Positions 14,791 to 29,062 of a DNA stretch of 64,000 nt are shown piece after piece. Position numbers and translations under genes: made by a program. A model generated the notes under the pieces. The model saw only the letters and a program-made list of their open reading frames with translations, searched no databases and was not told the origin of the DNA. Source of the DNA: Camelus dromedarius (Eukaryota); NCBI RefSeq assembly GCF_036321535.1, contig NC_087437.1:108998001-109062000 (forward strand), given 5' to 3'. Position 1 is the stretch's first letter. Every line of letters begins with the position of its first letter.

Positions 14791-15847
14791 CCTCCCATCG
14801 CCCTTCCTTTTGTAGCCATGTTTATTTCACCAACACGGAGGCATTCAAATGACACTGAGTTTGGACCACATAGGAAAGATGCTAAGGGCTAGTCCTGTGT
14901 TGAGGTAACCTGACTGTATGTACATACAGTGATGTTGTGTGGTGATATTGATTTGGGACACCCCAAATCAATATGATTTAGTAAGCACTTAAAATGCAAT
15001 TCCACAAGTTTGGGAGGGAAGCAGCATGAAGAGACATGGGTGGTAGAGGATGAGGCAAATCTAGGACTCGTGGCTGCTTACACGAATCCCGTTTTTTGCT
15101 GGAATGAACCAAGGGAAGGTGAAAGAAAATTTATGTAATAGGAGGAGCTGGAATTTGGGTGCAGCCTTCTGGCACGTGTTCATCCCACACTTCAGTCTCT
15201 GGAGGCTAAGTCTACGTGATTCTGCCTGCTGCATACCTTGAATCAATCATCTCTCTTTTTTCAATTGTAGCAAATTGTGCAATCCTGTCCTGTTTGTTTT
15301 TGGTAGGATTTCCTTTACTTCATCACCGGCAGGAAAAACTTATCCCGTGAGATTTCCTCTGGGACACGATTATTTGCAGTAACTACCGTTTAATGAATTC
15401 TTGATAGTTTCTTCCTAATTTATCCTCTATTTTTAAATTCTTAAACATAATCCCTGTGTTCTTGGCTGTTTTTCTTCTGGATGCCTTCGAGTAATTAAAA
15501 CACATCTGTTGGGGGGGTGTGTATGGTAAGTATTGTTCATCATACGTGTAGTATTTGTGCTTCATTGTTTTTGTGCATCCTGGCTTTACACCACAAGACA
15601 ATACTCTGCCACTTCTTGCTACCTGCATCACTGTCAGCTCAGTTCAGGCCATTAAAACCTCTTGCTCCAGTGACCAGGTCAGCCTCCTGTCTAGTCTCCT
15701 TGGCCCTCACTTTCCAGTCTTTTAACACAGTTAAGCCAGAACAATCTTTTTCCTGGAAAGAGGATGGATCCTATCTGCTTAGTACCTTTCAAGGGCCTCC
15801 TCAGACTCAGCATGATCTGGCCTCTGCCTGTCTCTTTCATACACTCT

Positions 15848-16050
15848 ATTTTTTTTAACTTTTTTTTAATTGAGTGATAGTCATTTGATAATGTTGTGTC
15901 AAATTCTAGTGTAAAGCAAAATTTTTCAGTTATACATGAACATAATATATATTCATTGTCACATTTTTATTTTTTTTAATTGAAGTGAAGTCAGTTTACA
16001 GTGTTGTGTCAATTTCTGGTGTACAGCATAATTTTCAGTCATACATATAC
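15848..16050 (-). mobile_element. Two adjacent short L1 3' tails
   Basis: T-tract plus ttgtgtcaaattctagtgtaaagc (same family as the 6317 and 50734 copies), then a second T-tract plus attgaagtgaagtcagtttacagtgttgtgtc. Confidence 0.75.
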
Positions 16051-16429
16051 CTCCTCTCATACACCCTTACCTCTATTCTGTCCTGGCCATACCACCGACT
16101 TGGAAGTTACCCAGAGACCTTTTTTTCTCTCCTCCTGCTCTGTGCACCTGTCATTCTCTCTGCCTTGGGAAGCTCATCTTCACCCTACAGCTTCTTTTTG
16201 CCTGCTTGCTTAAGACCCAGCTTAGCATCACTTCTTGCTGGGGTCCTTCTCTGAGGCCCACCAGACCGGGCTGTGTGCTTTTTCATCATTCTGTTGTCTG
16301 TACCTATCATGACACCATAATCTTTTAAAATTATTTGACTGCCCCATCAGGGTGAGGGTCCTGCCTTATGAAGTAGGCACTAAAGAAATACTTGTTAAAG
16401 GAGTGAGTGAAGGAATGGAGGCACTTCCT

Positions 16430-16620
16430 TGAGGTAGTGTGGTCCAGGTGGTGAAGAAGCTGGAGTCAGATGGCTGGAGTCTGGCCCCTGGCTCCACTCC
16501 TAACTAGGTGTGTGATCTCTGGCAAGTGACGTTGCCTCCGTTTCTTAATGGGTGAAATGGGGATAATAACACTAAACATCTGATCAGATTACTGCCACCA
16601 TTAAGCGTTAACAGATGTAG
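16430..16620 (+). mobile_element. MIR SINE (next to an L2 3' end at ~16180-16420)
   Basis: ctggagtcaga...ggctccactcctaactaggtgtgtgatctctggcaag...aaatggggataataac. Confidence 0.7.
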
Positions 16621-19181
16621 ACAGACCGGTAACTGCATGCCATTCAGTTTCGTTTCATGCTAGCTTTATTTATTATTTCCTAACCTTGTTCTGGCAACTT
16701 AGTAGCCAAAGTAGAAGGCAGAGCATCTGGCATGGTCATTTAGGAATTGTCAACTTAGCTCTGGAAGAGAATTCACAAGAATTGATTTATAAATGTTGGA
16801 TTTCTACAACAATGATGATCAAAAATGATTTTCGCTATAACATATGATACAGATATTCTATGTTATAATTACGGAGAAAGTATATCATATCTTTGCTTAA
16901 GTTTTAATATGTATTGGTTAAATATGTTTTAAGGAATTGAGATCTATTATAAGCTAAACAGTCTTAATGGCAAAAAGAAGTATGTATTGGGATCTTTCAC
17001 TAAAAACTCTATTTGAGATACTCATTAACACTTGGCTAGGGGAATGGACCTATTCCCTGAAGTTAAATTTTTCAGATAGAAAACATTGATGGAGACTTAA
17101 AAGGAAGCTGTCAAGGAGCTCATAAATTGGAGAAAGATCATGTTTCATTGAAGTCAACAGTGATAGTGTGACTAATATGTCTCAATTTATTGAATCCAGA
17201 AAGGAGAGACAAATAGAGAGAGGGGGAGAAAGAAATGTGGTAGGAATATTTTCCATCATAAACTGTAGGATCTAGCCATAAATTACACTTTTTAAGGAGA
17301 CAAAGTTTGGTTGGAAGTGCTTGCCGGGTCTTTGGACACAAAGATGCTGAGAAGCCAGATAATCTCTGGGAATTTCATCCTCCAAATTAAGAAATTCAGC
17401 ATGGATCAGAATTACTCAAGCCAGAGGAGAAAACAGGATTAGATTCAGCAGTGATTCAGAAGAGTTAGGGGTTAGTAACTAAGCTGACTACACCCAGGTG
17501 GTAATGTAAGTGATATGGGATGTTTGAGTGTGACGTTCTTTAAAATGTATGTTTTTGTTATTTGGGGGAAAACATCAACTAAATGAAAATAAGACACTAT
17601 TCTGTTTTCTTGGGCTTAATGACTTCTGTCTATAGGAAAGAGCTTTTTGGATGGGAAGGCGATGTTCAGCGGAACACCAGTTCTGTGAGTGAAGAAGCAA
17701 GAGACCCTGAGCTAGCCTGGAGGCAGTGTTGGGCAGTAGTTAAAGGCACTCGAGTCAGATGGCCTGGGTCTGCATCCCGTTCCAAGCCAATGACTTCAAG
17801 GATACTTCTCACTACCCTAATGCTGTATTTATCAAGCTAAACCTAAAATACACTCAATTTTATTCATGTCATAATTGTGACAGATCTCTCCGAAGTTAAT
17901 AGAAGTTTAAAGCACACGTGGCTATTCAGCTATGGGGCTTACTTTAAAATCATGTGATGTGTTACAAGTATTGTGTAGTTGCACACCAGGCAGCAAGGTG
18001 ACCCCAGACGTTGCTGTGCCAAGAAGTCTGAAATAAGTTTTTCTTCACTTTATACTCCCATTCTTTTTCCATCTCTTACTAAGAGACTACGTCTCTCTTT
18101 ATAAGCAGGACCAAGTTGAATTCCAATTAACCGGGGTGCTATATAAGGGACACATAGCCCAGAGCTTGGCACATAGAAATGGTCAGTGGGCTTTTTTTTT
18201 ATGTTATTGTTATTATTAGCAGTAGAGTTTATCTTTCCAATATGTTGGATGCTTTGCTGGGTCATTTATAATTATTAGCACATCTACACTTCAAAAGAAC
18301 CATGAGAAATAGGTGATATCATCCTCATTTTTAGACAAAGAAAGTGGGACTCAGGAAAGTTCAGGAATTTGTTCTTGAGCGTGGGGAGTAGGGCCAGCAT
18401 ATAAGCCAGGTTGGTCCAACACTAGAGCCCTTTCCTCCACATCTTATCACTACTCTCCTGTTGGACCACAGAAAAATATTCCATTCATCCTCCAGTTTCC
18501 AGGATTTGTATTTGAATAACTTAATTAATAGGCTGAAATTTACATTACATATCTATATATTTTTCCCCAAAGGCAAGTATATACTATCATTAATGTAAAT
18601 CTCATCTATCAATTATATATTTCCTGGCATTTCATTATAAAATTGGTAATATCATCATTAAATATTCTGACTATACGATTTAATAGACCTCACATTCAAA
18701 CAGCAACAAAACTATAAACATCTCTTTAAGAGGTAAATTTAATGCATTTAGATTAATAAATTGAAAGTTTATTGATGTAAATCTTAGACATTCTGATTTG
18801 AAACAAAGCTTACAAGTCTAAAACAGCTTTTAAACAAAGTCTAAAACAATTCAAACGTTAAAATTGCCTTGGGGAGCCTTGAGACAACAACAACAATGGT
18901 GACAACAGCAAAACCACCCCCACCCCCATCCCCACACCGCCCAGTCTAGTGCCTGAGACTCTCCCCCAGGTTGTGTTTTAACTGTCGAACAATAGGTATT
19001 GTTTGGAAGCTCCCTGGGAATTCTATTGGGCAGTAAAAGCTGAGACTCTGGTCTAAAGGAAAAGCTGGAGCACATAACTGAACAGGACAATAAATATTTG
19101 CTGAAATGAATTAAGCATATGGGGCTAAAAAAATTTCAGTGCCCACATCTGTCTAGCATCCATTAAAGAATCTTCCTTTGA

Positions 19182-20600
19182 AGTCCAGAAATAAACCCAT
19201 GAACTTATGGTCAATTAATTTATGACAAAAGAGGCAAGGATATACAGTGGAGAAAAGACAGTCTCTTCAGTAAGTGGTGTGGGGAAAACTGGACAGTTAT
19301 ATGTAAAAGGCTGAAGTTAGAACATTCTCTAACACCATACGCAAAAATAAACTCAAAATGGATTAAAGATCTAAATGTAAGACTGGATGCTGTAAAATTC
19401 CCAGAGGAAAACATAGGCAGAACATATTTGACATAAATTACAGCAATAATTTTTTTGTATCCACCTTCTAGAGTAATGGAAATAAAAGCAAAAGTAAGCA
19501 AGTGGGATCTAATTAAACTTAAAAGCTTTTGCACAGCAAAGGAAACCATAAACAAAATGAAAAGACAACCTATGGAATGGGAGAAAATATTTCAAATGAC
19601 GAGACCTACAAGGGACTAATTTCCAAAATATACAAACAGCTCATACAGCTTAATATCAAAAACCAAATAATCCAATCAAAAATGGGCAGAAGATCTAAAC
19701 AGACATTTCTCTAAAGAAGGCATTTAGATGGCTAACAGGCACACAAAATGATGCTCAATATCACTAATTATTAGAGAAATGCAGATCAAAACTACGAGGT
19801 ATCATCTCACACCAGTCAGAATGGCCATCATTAAAATGTCTACAAATAATAAATGCTGGAGAGAGTGTGGAGAAAGAGAACCCTCCTACACTGTTGATGG
19901 GAATGTAATTTGGTGCAGCCACTATGGAGGACAGTATGGAAATTCCTTAAAAAACTAAAAATAGAGTTACCATATGATCCAGCAATTCCACTCTTAGGCA
20001 TATATCCAGAGAAAACTGCAATTTGAAAAGACACATGCACCCCAATGTTCATAGGAGCCCTATTTACAATAGTCGAGACATGGGAACAACCAAAATGTCC
20101 ACTGACAGATGACTGAACAAAGAAGTTCTCAGCCATAGAAAAGAATAAATTAATGCCATTTGCAGCAACATGGGTAGACCTAGAGATTGCCATACTAAGC
20201 GAAGTAAGTCAGAAAGAGAAAGACAAATATCATATGATATCACTTATGCGTGGAATCTGAAAAAAGATACAAATTTTACTTATAAACCAGAAATAGACTC
20301 ACAGACATAGAAAACAAACTATAGTTACCAAAGGGGAAAGGGCAGGGGATAGATAAATTAGGAGTTTGGCATTAACAGATACACACTACTGTATATAAAA
20401 TAGATAAACAACAAGGACTTACTGTATAGCACAGGGAACTATATTCAATATCTTGTAAGAGGCTATAATGGAAAAGAATCTGAAAAAAACATATATATGT
20501 ATGTATGTGTATAACTGAATCACTTTGCTGTACACCTGAAACTAACACTGTAAATCAACTACACTTCAATAAAAAATAAAAAAAGAATTATATGAAAAAG
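19182..20600 (+). mobile_element. 5'-truncated LINE-1 (ORF2 3' part + 3'UTR) with TSD
   Basis: Continuous, frameshifted L1 ORF2 similarity (ccagaaataaaccc...aaaagctttgcacagcaaaggaaac-like...ccatatgatccagcaattccactc) and an A-tail; perfect 14-bp TSD GAATCTTCCTTTGA at 19168-19181 and 20601-20614. Confidence 0.93.
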
Positions 20601-21802
20601 GAATCTTCCTTTGATCTTGAACCCTCTTCAGACACTAGCTCCTTCTCTCAGAGCTACTTGTCTCTAAAGAGTGGAGGCTGCTCATGTTCCATTTCCTCAC
20701 TTCTCAACCCATCCCAGGTCAGCAGCCATGGTCTCCACCCTCCTGAACCTGACCTTACTGAGCCTCCATCATGAATTCATTTAATATCCATTAGTATATA
20801 ATATATAGTCAACATATTACAGGTAATAATGGAATAGTAACATAATCAATATATAGTATGTAACAATATCAAGCCCTACCTGAAAATTGCTGTGGGTCAG
20901 AAGCAGGGCTGTGTAATGCTTTGCTGTTTAGGAATTGATAAGATTATAGAGCTGAATAAAGCTTTGGACATGATCTTATACTCTGGTTCTCAAGTTAGTT
21001 GTTATTCTTTTTTTAAGGCAACACATCCCTGTATTCGGGAAGCTTATTTGAAAAGTCAGTCATGAAAGAGAGGGTAGCTACTTTGAGTGGTGGTGATGAA
21101 ACAGAGGCAGAATCCAATTGCTGGGCTCTGTCCACCTTTCTGGCTACCTTCTCCTCCAAGACAGTCCTTAGAGATTTACGCAGATCCTCTGCCTCTCTGA
21201 AAAGCACAGTTTAAAAATCACCCATCTAGTGTTGATGCCTTTCAGGCAGAACACAGGATATGCCTGCTGCCTTCAGGAAACTTCTAGGTTTTGTAAATAA
21301 AAACACATATCGGTGGTGAAAACCTTACAGCTCATGAGCTCACATTTACATTCTGTTTATTATGTTCCAGGCACCTTCCTAAGTATGTCACGTGTAGCAA
21401 TGCATTTAGTCCTCACGACAGTACTGTGAGGGTGGTTATTACTACTCTCATCTTATGTATGAGGACATAGAAGCAGGAGACATTACGTCACTTGCCAGTG
21501 TCACACGGCTAGCGGGTACATATATGAGCCTTGCTCTTAATCACCAGTACCCTGCCTGACAGATAACCTGGTGTGTATCCGGTAACCTACACAGCACATT
21601 TACCATGTCTTTGTGCAAATACATTATTTAACCAAGAGATCCGTAGAAGTAATGGCTTATCATGTTGTAGATGCTGGAGATACAAGAATGAATAAGACAG
21701 AAGAGGTCCCTTCCCTCATGGATCATGGTAGAGACAGACAATACACCTGTAAACAAACAAGGAAATAAGAGAATGAAATGATGCTATTAAGAATGTAATA
21801 AA

Positions 21803-21987
21803 AGATAAACAACAAGGTTCTACTTATAGCACAGGGAATTGTACTCAATATCTTGTAATAACCTATAATGAAAAAGAATATGAAAAAGAGTTTGAATACA
21901 TATATATGTATAACTGAATCACATGCTATACACCAGAAACTAACACAACATTGTAAATCAACTATACTTCAACTAAAAAAAAAAAAG
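21803..21987 (+). mobile_element. L1 3' tail fragment next to an antisense L2 remnant
   Basis: agataaacaacaagg...tagcacaggga...aactatacttcaa followed by poly(A). Confidence 0.8.
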
Positions 21988-22884
21988 AAGGTAAGGCAGA
22001 GCAAAGCCATAGGAGTGACTGAGGGGAGGGTACGTTCTATCTCATTTCCCACCTGCTCATTCACACACACACAAACACACACACAAGTTGAGTATATGTA
22101 TGTAAGTGGAAAATAAAGGCTTTGCATTTAGAAATATCATATTATAATATAAAACATTCCTACTTTATTTGCAATGTATTCTCAGAAACTTCATCATTTA
22201 AAAACAGTATTTTGTCATAGGACTAATGATATAATTGGGGGTTATATTACTGATTCTACATGAAATGACTCATAGCTCAGACTAAAAACATCATAAAAGA
22301 AAAGCTGCAAGGAAAATTTCTATATTCCCCTTTAAAATGTGCTATTTAATGCTTCAGCTCCAATTAAATAAATAAACATATACTATAACATTAATTATAT
22401 AAAGAACTTCAATTTCCTGCAAAAGTATACAGTATATAAAAATATGACTCTAATATAAATTTGCTCTAAACGAGTATGCCAACTATAAACATTATTTAAA
22501 CATGTAATTAAATGACTGTGTTTGTATTTTGAAGGGAAGTTTCATAATTTTCCAGATCACTTTAAAAAAATCCAATTTTATTTATGCTTATACAACTTTT
22601 TTCCTGAGGAAAATACCCTATAACAAGTAACATTCACACTCATACCAATTACCTTTGAGTTTTAAGACATTACTACTCACAATATGGAGGTAAAGGTAAA
22701 GGTTTGTGGTGTGTTTCTTACTAAAATCATTTAGGAAACTGAAAACTACCCAATGTTCCTGTATGTTGCACTGCTCAGCCCTCTGTTTCCTCAGAGATTT
22801 TGTATAGAAAAAGACAAAAACCACTAGGTAAAAAGAAGCACCAGGGTACTTACATCCTTTGAAAGCCAGCTGGACAGACATAGT

Positions 22885-23002
22885 GAGGGGGTCCCTCCCC
22901 ATCAACCCAGTTTTAGCAGGATTTCCTCTGGTTTAGCACTGACAATCCCAAATGCCCAAATGCCTCTCAGTCCCTGGAAAACCAGGATAAGTGGTCACTC
23001 TA
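22885..23002. mobile_element. hAT-Blackjack MITE (MER81-like)
   Basis: ggtttagcactgacaatccc...ctcagtccctggaaaaccaggataagtggtcactcta resembles the recalled MER81 consensus. Confidence 0.6.
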
Positions 23003-24149
23003 GGTCTAAAACAAACAAACAAACAAACCCACCCACCCCCAAAACTTAAAATGAATTTCAACAGTATCACAGAATTGCAAGCACAATATTGTACTTTATC
23101 TTGCTACTTCCAGTGAAAATTCTGAACGATACTTATACAACATCAAATAGTAGCAAATGTTATTTTCATAATATCAACTGAATAGAACATATTTGGGAAA
23201 AAAAATAGAAATTGCCATACCATTCTTCTTCCCTTTCTCAATATTGTGCTGTAGCCTGTTTGAGAGAAAGAGAAGAAAAGAAAGTGGAAAAATAGACATT
23301 ACTTTCATTACCCACCAGAGCATCAAGCTCCAAAATGGGGGTAAATTAAGAAAATATTAGCAATCCCATGTTTATTTATTTAATTTTTCAAAACTGAAAA
23401 ACATAAACTAAACTTTACTGATAAGTAATCTACAGATTAATAACAGAAGTTTCTGGCTTAATTTCTGCCAAAGATATTAAAAGATGTATTAAAAGATGGC
23501 ATACATAATACAAACAATACAGATTTGGTGATTTTTCCTGTAAAGATAAATGGCGGTTAGAATCATACTATGCAACAGATTTTTTGACAAATAAACACAC
23601 TTAATCTGTCCCTTCAAAGTATGACATTTCAATATTAAGAAAGTAGCTGTTTTTTTCTCAAGAAACCTGTGATATAAAAAAAAGTCTTTTGAAACAGTTT
23701 GAAAATATTTTGGGTTATCAATTGTACTCAAAGATCAGTGATAAAAATATTTTATATGGAAACAACATGGTTATATTTCAGAGTTTTGGCAAAAAATTTC
23801 AATGAAATATTAAACCTCAAATGAATTTTGAAGTTTGTACCATGTCCCCAGCCTTGATGAGGAGGGTTGGGAGGGAGGTGTGAGGGGGACCAACTGTATG
23901 TTCATTCTTGTAGTGTTGGGGTACATTCACAAAAAAGTTTGTTTGATGTTTACTATCATCCTATAAGGGGCTATCATGATATTTATATAATGTCTTAGAA
24001 TTGCTGTCTAATTGATTTAGATATGACTTTTCTTCTCATTTAGATTATGTTCTTCTCCAGGACAGGTCTATATTTCTCATTTACTTTTAAAGATGGTTAA
24101 GATCATAGTAGTTTTTAATTAAAAAATAAACGAAAAGTCACTGAAATGG

Positions 24150-25380
24150 AAATACATCTCAATATTTAAAAGATCGACAATATCAAGTGTTGGAGGGGAT
24201 GTGTGGCAAATGGAATGCTCACCCATTGCTGATGGAAACATAAAATGTTACAAAACTTTGAAAAACTGCTTATCAATTTTTTATAAAATTACACATACAC
24301 CTATCCTATCCTCAGCAATTTTATTCCACTTCTAGGAAAGTAAGGGAGCTAAAAATATATATATCTACAAAAAATGTGTACAAGAATATTTATAGTAGCT
24401 TTGCTTAAAATAGTCCATAAGTTGAAAAAAATCCAAATACCTTTCAACAGGTGAATGGATAAACAAATCACGTTTCAGTCATACAAATGAATACTCAGCA
24501 ATGAAGTGAAGGAACTACCCACACATGCAATAACATGGTTGAACCCACTTTCTGATTTCTTTACATAAGGCTTAAGATAAGGCAAATCAAACAAATCGGG
24601 AAAGGAAAGGAATTTTTCAATAAATATTGAAACAATATTTTATTATAACAATAAAATATTTAATAGTTGTACCAGAATGGGTAAAACTTTAAAAATGGAT
24701 AATGCCAAGTGTTTTGACGGACGTGAAACAATTGAAATTCTCACACATCATTAGTAGGAATGTAACATATTAAACAACCGTTTTGGAAAATTGTTAGGCA
24801 GTGTCTACTTATGCTGAACATCTGCATATCCTTTGACTTAACAATTCTACTCCTGGCTTTGTATCCAATACAAATGTGTGTATTCATTCGCCAGGAAACA
24901 TTTATAAGCATATTCATGGTAACTTTATGAATAAATAGCCCCAGAGTAGAAACAATGCATATGCCTGCCAACCGTAAAATGGATACATACATTGTGGTAT
25001 ATTTATACACAGCCATGAAATATGCAAATTATGGCTACTCCCAGTAACAAGGATGAACTTTGCAACAATAATGTAGAGCTAAAGAAGCCAGATATGAGAC
25101 TGTACATCGTATAGTTTTACTTGTACGAAGTTCAAAAGACAGGCAAAATTTGCAGCGTTAGCTTTCAGAATAGTGGATATCTTTTGGGGACACAGGTAAT
25201 TATTGTGAGGTGACACCAAGGAGTCATCCTACGGTAATGGAAAAATTCAATATATTAATCTGGATGGTGGTGAAATAGACGTATTCACTTTGCTAAAATT
25301 TTTAAGTTGTACACACGATTTGTTCATTTCATTTTCTGTGTGTATGCTTTACTTAGTAAAAGATTCATATTAAATAAAAA
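24150..25380 (+). mobile_element. Old LINE-1 (L1ME-type) 3' fragments
   Basis: Two runs of degenerate ORF2-end motifs (caatatcaagtgttggagggga, aacaggtgaatggataaac, aagaagccagat, ctggatggtggt). Confidence 0.7.
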
Positions 25381-27014
25381 TAAAAGAAATGATGAAGGCT
25401 TGAAGTAGTGAGAATAGAGGGAATGGGAGAAAGGTACCTGATACGAAGGATATTTCAGTGGTAAAATCCACAGGATTTGGTGATTGGTTTTGAGGAAGCC
25501 TGAGGAATCATAGGTGAGAACAAGGTGGACTAGTGGAAGGCAGTCGGTACATTAATGGAGATTGACATATACACAATGAAGGGGTTAGAGTTCAGGAGTG
25601 AGATGGGGTGATGTGTTGGTAGTGAGGTAATAGGTGAAAGTACTGAGTTAAGAAATTTTGGGACCAGGAATATGCCCAGGGGCAACTGAAAATAAGATCT
25701 AAATCTGAGAAACAGGTTAGGGAATAGAGACATTGTTCTATTATCATTAATATATGAGATAGTTTTGTCATCAATATATGTTGCATTTAAGTCCTCCTTT
25801 TTTTGTGGATTTCATCTTGACTTTATTCTACATTATGGTCTGGTATGTAGATTTATCTCTGACTCTTCCGGTTGCTTCTTCCTTATATATAAAGCCTCAT
25901 CTATTTTTTAATTGATTGGATGGAGTTTTCTCACTTTGCTTGACCTCCAACATAAGAGCTCTTAACTGTCTATTTTCAATAGGATTTTGGGCGTTATCTC
26001 CTTATCTTGGCAACTTTAATGGTTGTACAATCTACTCTAAATTTGTTTGCATTGTGTGGTAAAATGCTTTTTTTGTGTGCTTGAGGTTTGTTAAGTTTCT
26101 TGGAAATATATATGTCTATGGTTTTCATCAAATTTGGAACTATTTTATCCATTATATCTTTAAATAATTTGCTGTCTCCTCCCTTCCTTTGGGGACTCCA
26201 ATAACATGCACGTTAGGCTGCTGTGGTTGTCCCACAGTTAACTGATGCTCTTTTCTTTTTCTTTTTCCTTTTTGTTCCAAATATATTTATTAAGGATCTA
26301 ATATGTACCAGGTTATGTGCCAGTTTCTGTGACTCAGAGTCAAATAACACATGGTCCCCACCCTCAGGGACTGATAGTCTGGGAGAATCAAGCAACCATT
26401 TATCAGTAACAACCAACGTGGCAAGTTCCATGTTTCTGCAGAAGCACAGGAAAGAGGCATTAGATTACAAGGGCCAGAAGAAATGGTCCTTGAACTTACT
26501 TTTGTTTTGAAATAGATTCATTTTTAACTCTATAATGTAGATTTTCAAACATACATGAAAGTAGAGAAAATAGTAAAATAGTATGATGAACCACCAGGCA
26601 CGCATCTTCCAGTCAAAATTTTCATAATATGGCCGATCTTATTTCACTCACACCCACACCCAATAACCCCTATTCCTCGGATTATTCTGAGGCAAATCCA
26701 GACATCTGTAAATATTTCAGAATGTCTCTCTAAAAGCTAAGAACTCTTCTTAAAATATAACCACAAAGTATTACCATGCTTTTAAAAATGAACGATTCTT
26801 TAATGTCATCAAATATCTTTGCCACTGCACCCATTTCTGATTTTATTTACATTTTTTTTTGAGTAGGGATCCAAAGAAGATATTTTGATAGTAAATATGT
26901 CTCTTAAGTCTTTTAAACGATTGGTTCTTCCTTTCATCTCTTTTTTTCCCCTTTGCATTTTGTTGTTATTGTTGCTGTTTTTGTGGAAGAAACTGGGTCA
27001 TTAGTTCTCTAGAT

Positions 27015-27338
27015 CAGAGATCGGCAATTGTTTTTTACTGTAAGGGGCCAGTGAGTAATTATTTTAGGTTTTGCAGACTCTGTAGTATCTTATGACTATT
27101 CAACTCTGACCTTGTAGTATGAAAGCAGCCATAAACCAATGAGCATGACTGTGTTCCAAAAAAGCTTTGTGAACACTGAAATTTGAATTTCATATAATTT
27201 TCACATCTCGCACAATGTTATTCTTTTGGGTTTTTTTCCAACCATTTAAAAATGTAAAAACTATTCTTAGTTTCCAAGCCACACAAAAACAGGCAATGGG
27301 TCAGATCTGTCCCATGGGCTGTAGTTTGCTGACCCCTA
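27015..27338. mobile_element. hAT-Charlie MITE (MER58B-like)
   Basis: Terminal inverted repeats cagagatcggcaa / ttgctgacccct; 8-bp TSD CTCTAGAT (27007-27014) / CTCTAGAA (27339-27346); sits inside an L1MC4/5-like fragment. Confidence 0.85.
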
Positions 27339-27394
27339 CTCTAGAATTATCCTTGCTAAATTTTGTTATTTTATCTTCATTGTCTTTTTAAAAT

Positions 27395-28120
27395 ATTTAA
27401 TTTTTTATATAATTTTTAAAGGTTACACTCCATTTTCAGTTATTACAAAATATTGCTTATATTCCCTGTGTTGTACAGCACATTCCTTTTAAAAATATAT
27501 TTAAAAGAATTTTTATTGTTTAATTAACTAGTTTATTGGAAGAGAGGTAACTGGGCTTGTTCCTTTTTTTTTTTAATGGGGGTACTGGGGATTGAACCCA
27601 GGACCTCATGCATGCTGGGCATGCACTCTACCACTGAGCTACACCCTCCTCCTATAAGCCATTCTCGTAGCTTATCTTACACCCAACAGTTTGTACCTTC
27701 CACTCCCCTACCTCCTCGCCTCCCCTGTCCTAGACATGGATAATTATTAGTTTGCACTCTGTATCTGTGAGTCTGCTTCTTTTTTTGATATATTCACTAG
27801 TTTGTTGTATTTTTCAGATTCTACGTATAAGTGATATACAGTATTTGTCTTTCTTTATCTGACTTATTTCACTTAGCATAATACCCTCCAAGTCCATCCA
27901 TGTCACTACAAATGACAAAATTTTGTTCTTTTTTGTGGCTAAGTAGTATTCCATTGTATATATGCCATATCTTTTTAATCCATTCATCTGTTGATGGACA
28001 CTTAGGTTGCTTCCATATCTTGACAATTGTAAATAATGCTGCTATGAACATTGGGGTGCATGTACCTTTTTTGAATTTGTGTTCTTGTTTTTTTTCAGAT
28101 ATATACCTAGGAGTGGAATC
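27395..28120 (-). mobile_element. LINE-1 3' end (interrupted by the SINE)
   Basis: Minus-strand ORF MFIAALFTIVKIWKQPKCPSTDEWIKKIWHIY is the L1 ORF2 C-terminus; 3'UTR ends near 27400. Confidence 0.88.
27510..27652 (-). mobile_element. tRNA-Ala-derived camelid SINE (vic-1-like)
   Basis: Minus strand reads ggagggtgtagctcagtggtagagtgcatgcccagcatgcatgaggtcctgggttcaatccccagtacc plus an A-rich tail (Pol III A and B boxes); inserted into an L1 3' end. Confidence 0.85.
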
Positions 28121-28123
28121 TAT

Positions 28124-28236
<113 letters not shown>

Positions 28237-28367
28237 GTTCAGCTGTTTACTCTATTTCATTTTAGAAAGTTGATATTGTCATGCCTTTAAATTAACTGAT
28301 CCCTTCCTCTACAGCATCTAATCTACTGTTAATCCCATCCAATTGATGGAATTTTCATTTCAAACAC

Positions 28368-29062
28368 TTTTTTTGAATTGAAATATAGTTGATCTACAAT
28401 ATTGTGTTGGTTTCTGGTGTACAGCGTAAAGATTCAGTTATACATTTATATATATATATATGTATATGTATATTCCTTTTCATATTCTTTTTTATTATAG
28501 GCTATTATAAGGTATTGGATATTTCCTGAGCTATACAGTGGGACACTGGTGTTTATCTATTTTATATATAGTAGTTAATATCTGCATATCCCAGACTCCC
28601 AATTTATCCCTCCACCTTCTCCTTGCCCTCTGGTAACCACAAGTTTGTTTTCTATGTCTGTAAGTCTGTTTCTGTTTTGCAAATAAGTTCATTTGTCTCA
28701 TTTTTTAGATTCCATATATAAGTAATATCATATTGTACTTTTCTTTTTCTTTCTGGCTTACTTTACTTAGAATGACAATCTCCAGTTCCACTCACATTGC
28801 TGCCAATGTCATTTGTTTATTCTTTTTAATGGCTGAGTAATATTCTATTGTGTATATTTTCTTGGCTATTGTAAATAGTGCTGCTATGAACATTAGGGTG
28901 CACGTATCTTTTCAAGTTATAGTTTTTTTCTGGGTATGTGCCCAGGAGTGGGACTGATGGATCATATGGTAACTCTATTTCTAGTTTTTTAAGGAATCTC
29001 CATACTGTTTTCTGTAGTGTCTGCACCAAATTACATTTTCAAGAATAATGCAGGAGGTTCCC
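28368..29062 (-). mobile_element. LINE-1 3' end
   Basis: T-tract plus L1 3'UTR; minus-strand ORF QKTVWRFLKKLEIELPYDPSVPLLGTYP is L1 ORF2. Confidence 0.9.

Noticed and set aside
19220..20193. ORFs within L1 copies (also 6359, 27814-28273, 28826, 60614)
   Set aside because: Frameshifted L1 ORF2 remnants or their antisense frames, not host genes or intact retroelements.
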